Positions 56,201 to 56,998 of a stretch of 56,998 nt of DNA are shown here, one piece after another. The number at the start of each line of letters is the position of its first letter. Position 1 is the stretch's first letter. This stretch comes from an uncultured Gammaproteobacteria bacterium (lineage in GTDB: Bacteria > Pseudomonadota > Gammaproteobacteria > Arenicellales > Poriferihabitantaceae), in contig CAYOGN010000153.1 of NCBI GenBank assembly GCA_964403545.1, forward strand, positions 1-56,998, in the 5' to 3' direction. Made by a program: the position numbers and the translations under genes. The notes beneath the pieces were generated by a model. That model saw nothing but the letters and a program-made list of their open reading frames with translations. It had not been told where the DNA came from and did not search any database.

Positions 56201-56409
56201 ACCAGCTGCTGAGCGGTCAGTGCAGGATTTGGCAATAACGAAAATTCGAGGGAGTCAGTTTTGGTCAACGTATACCCGGTTTCCTGTTTTATCAGCGCCT
56301 CGATTTCAGCGAAGAAAAAGTCCCGTTTCAAAGCATATCTGTACAACAATCCAGCACCACCTAAAAGAACCAGGCTGATGATACATATCCAGGCAGCGAT
56401 TTTTTTCAT
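53293..56409 (-). CDS. AsmA family protein (large envelope-spanning, outer-membrane biogenesis/lipid-transport family)
   Basis: N-terminal anchor MKKIAAWICIISLVLLGGAG, then a ~1000-aa repetitive beta-rich body and an AsmA_2-like C-terminal region. Confidence 0.65.
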   Translation of the reverse strand: MKKIAAWICIISLVLLGGAGLLYRYALKRDFFFAEIEALIKQETGYTLTKTDSLEFSLLPNPALTAQQLVITNASSQSNPILARVKRLSFSLQWAPLLKQKVVIDLGLDAADISLAMDSQGIPSWMTEELQGVAGGLPFDVDRVNAAKTRVVFRNDKTNEILGLDLDKIDIDLGKGITRAHIDSAGRLGGSRFYAVGDVEFKSENNQLDLKLAVGAGEAEKTNIDAIKASSAAQWINQNLTFFPLDSGVEGSIYFRDGVPHGELNFEAEMKALDAFAYLAEPLSYLKKELGPASASGIIALNGSDLDIANLQIGLHHQQLEIEANGSVQNLLSDVRFNLDLSVKAKNPDKVIKPESVTGFAKRLIPEVGSVDLKASISGEKGEILFSGMDLGFAYNSLDARVGGDLQLKQDDMAFGLELRGEATETTDLLKLLGIESEALLEPGSAVYGSLSLAARVSLQQDSYSIEYGSVQLQDGNINATLAGNLGMIDSKLAFDLDASLDVRDFSQLATYFPAEFEPDLQGLGGSAISTIRGTLEDFSLSKMEINLAQQDRQLHLQGQLSHLPDNLISDTEFHFLSDRPFELEQYFSKLKNLQLTGPLDLAATIKSDTDKIHIEHIRFQAVDTDVSGDVAIDLGQDPPRLTVELQSRRFKTGLVTIDPEVALSDPEALNPVQERLQPEPETTVEAELSGKELGEMFRAYTAGIGIETAWIRDLNLYFSISADKAQVGDYEGENLALTLDASNGVFRLVEYEILLDGKPVSFSGSIDTNALLPVYKFSGDIQQGSLEALLNVDKNLMEGGELSGGFVLTSKGSDLGALIENLNGNAMVTMGPLTIRSNVLTTLSADMLSSILKGIVRNKEDEPASYYQCGVLAVDVVKGVATANKTFTLQADDYILAGKGKLDLNNGFVDIKVYPKARKGIGFSISTLVGGFRIKGHLATPDFSVGGGGLVTAAIAGYALAPSLVAASSTNPVTATVVFTGLVAKGFFDRLTASSYTCESVIKRIERQRAKNTPKNQQSGKRNNGRSIDRVPPAYQR

Positions 56410-56659
56410 TAATAAAGTGCTATTCCATTACAAGAAATACAACGACCCGGATGGCCGTTTATCGGTTTGCCCGAAGAGAACTTTGCACATGATCCAGTAC
56501 GCCGTTACAGGCCTTGCAAAGGGCCAGACATTCCCTGTGTTCTGTTCCTGAGTCGGCCGCACCTTGTCTTGATTCATTAGGGGAGTTCTGAAAAAATATG
56601 TCCCATTGAATACACTACGTCAGGCCTCAGGCAAGTTGAATAGCTTGATGATCGGGTCT

Positions 56660-56998
56660 TCAAATCTCTTTAAATTCTGACGCTATCGACTTCACATTGG
56701 GCAAATCCCAGATAGTCTCAACAATCCTGTCCATTGTTGCGGCAGGGCAAATATCAAAATACGCTACCAGCCTGTGCGCTTTTTGTTCCAGCTCTCTACG
56801 ACTTAAACTATTTTCCGGATCTCCCCTGGGCGTATCCACCGTGTGACTGAAACGCTCACCCGTAACCATCAAAACTTCTACCCTGGCGCACCATTTATCG
56901 GGATATACTGCTTCGAATGCGGGATCTACAACCATCCTGACCTTATCGTGAAAAGCCATCAACTTGTTGTCTTTTAGTGCGGCATCGGTAAATTCACC
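56660..56998 (-). CDS. MmgE/PrpD family protein, C-terminal fragment (gene continues beyond the window end)
   Basis: ...CARVEVLMVTGERFSHTVDTPRGDPENSLSRRELEQKAHRL... is typical of a 2-methylcitrate dehydratase-family C-terminus. The reading frame is open to position 56998. Confidence 0.65.
   Translation of the reverse strand, partial: GEFTDAALKDNKLMAFHDKVRMVVDPAFEAVYPDKWCARVEVLMVTGERFSHTVDTPRGDPENSLSRRELEQKAHRLVAYFDICPAATMDRIVETIWDLPNVKSIASEFKEI

Noticed and set aside
1-56998. Searched for mobile or defence content: integrases, transposases, phage genes, toxin-antitoxin pairs, restriction-modification, CRISPR-cas, retron or DGR reverse transcriptases, tRNA or tmRNA integration sites.
   Set aside because: None recognised in any frame. 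The window looks like conserved core chromosome, so I do not claim a novel defence or mobile system here.

Overview
This 57 kb window reads as a densely packed core-chromosome segment of a gammaproteobacterium. Inference: the gene order (ilvIH-pssA, holD-rimI, divergent ffh/ypjD, moxR-DUF58-tgpA) resembles Pseudomonadales/Cellvibrionales-like marine heterotrophs. I call about 54 protein genes, almost all recognisable housekeeping functions:
- Stress and chaperones: bolA, ibpA, hrcA, grpE-dnaK-dnaJ, trxC.
- Translation and RNA: rsmJ, rsmE, orn, ffh, rimI, tsaB.
- DNA: recN, holD-like, a DinG/YoaA-like helicase.
- Envelope: fabI, bamE, dsbC, mltD, pssA, psd, rfbCD, two GT2 glycosyltransferases, a CsgG-like protein, an AsmA-like protein.
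- Metabolism: mdh, leuA, ilvIH, nadK, ggt, an AOR-family oxidoreductase, a DMGDH-like enzyme, tauD-like, an aminotransferase, a PrpD/MmgE fragment.

I found no rRNA or tRNA genes, CRISPR array, transposase, integrase, phage genes or recognisable defence island. I therefore cannot point to a clear-cut novel system.

The items most worth a second look are regulatory or small:
- An unannotated Leu-rich leader ORF upstream of leuA.
- A ROSE-like hairpin plus a sigma-32-type promoter ahead of ibpA.
- A nested 83/92-bp tandem repeat after ibpA.
- A perfect 16-bp-arm palindrome in the hrcA/nadK divergent region; no CIRCE element is present in the window.
- hrcA detached from grpE and start/stop-coupled to a DUF1285 gene.
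- An orphan AOR-family gene.
- Several poorly characterised envelope modules: moxR-DUF58-tgpA facing asmA, an orphan CsgG-like gene, and a GT2/PNP-fold/lipoprotein/cytochrome-like cluster.

All functional calls come from motif and family recognition in the supplied translations. No database search was run.
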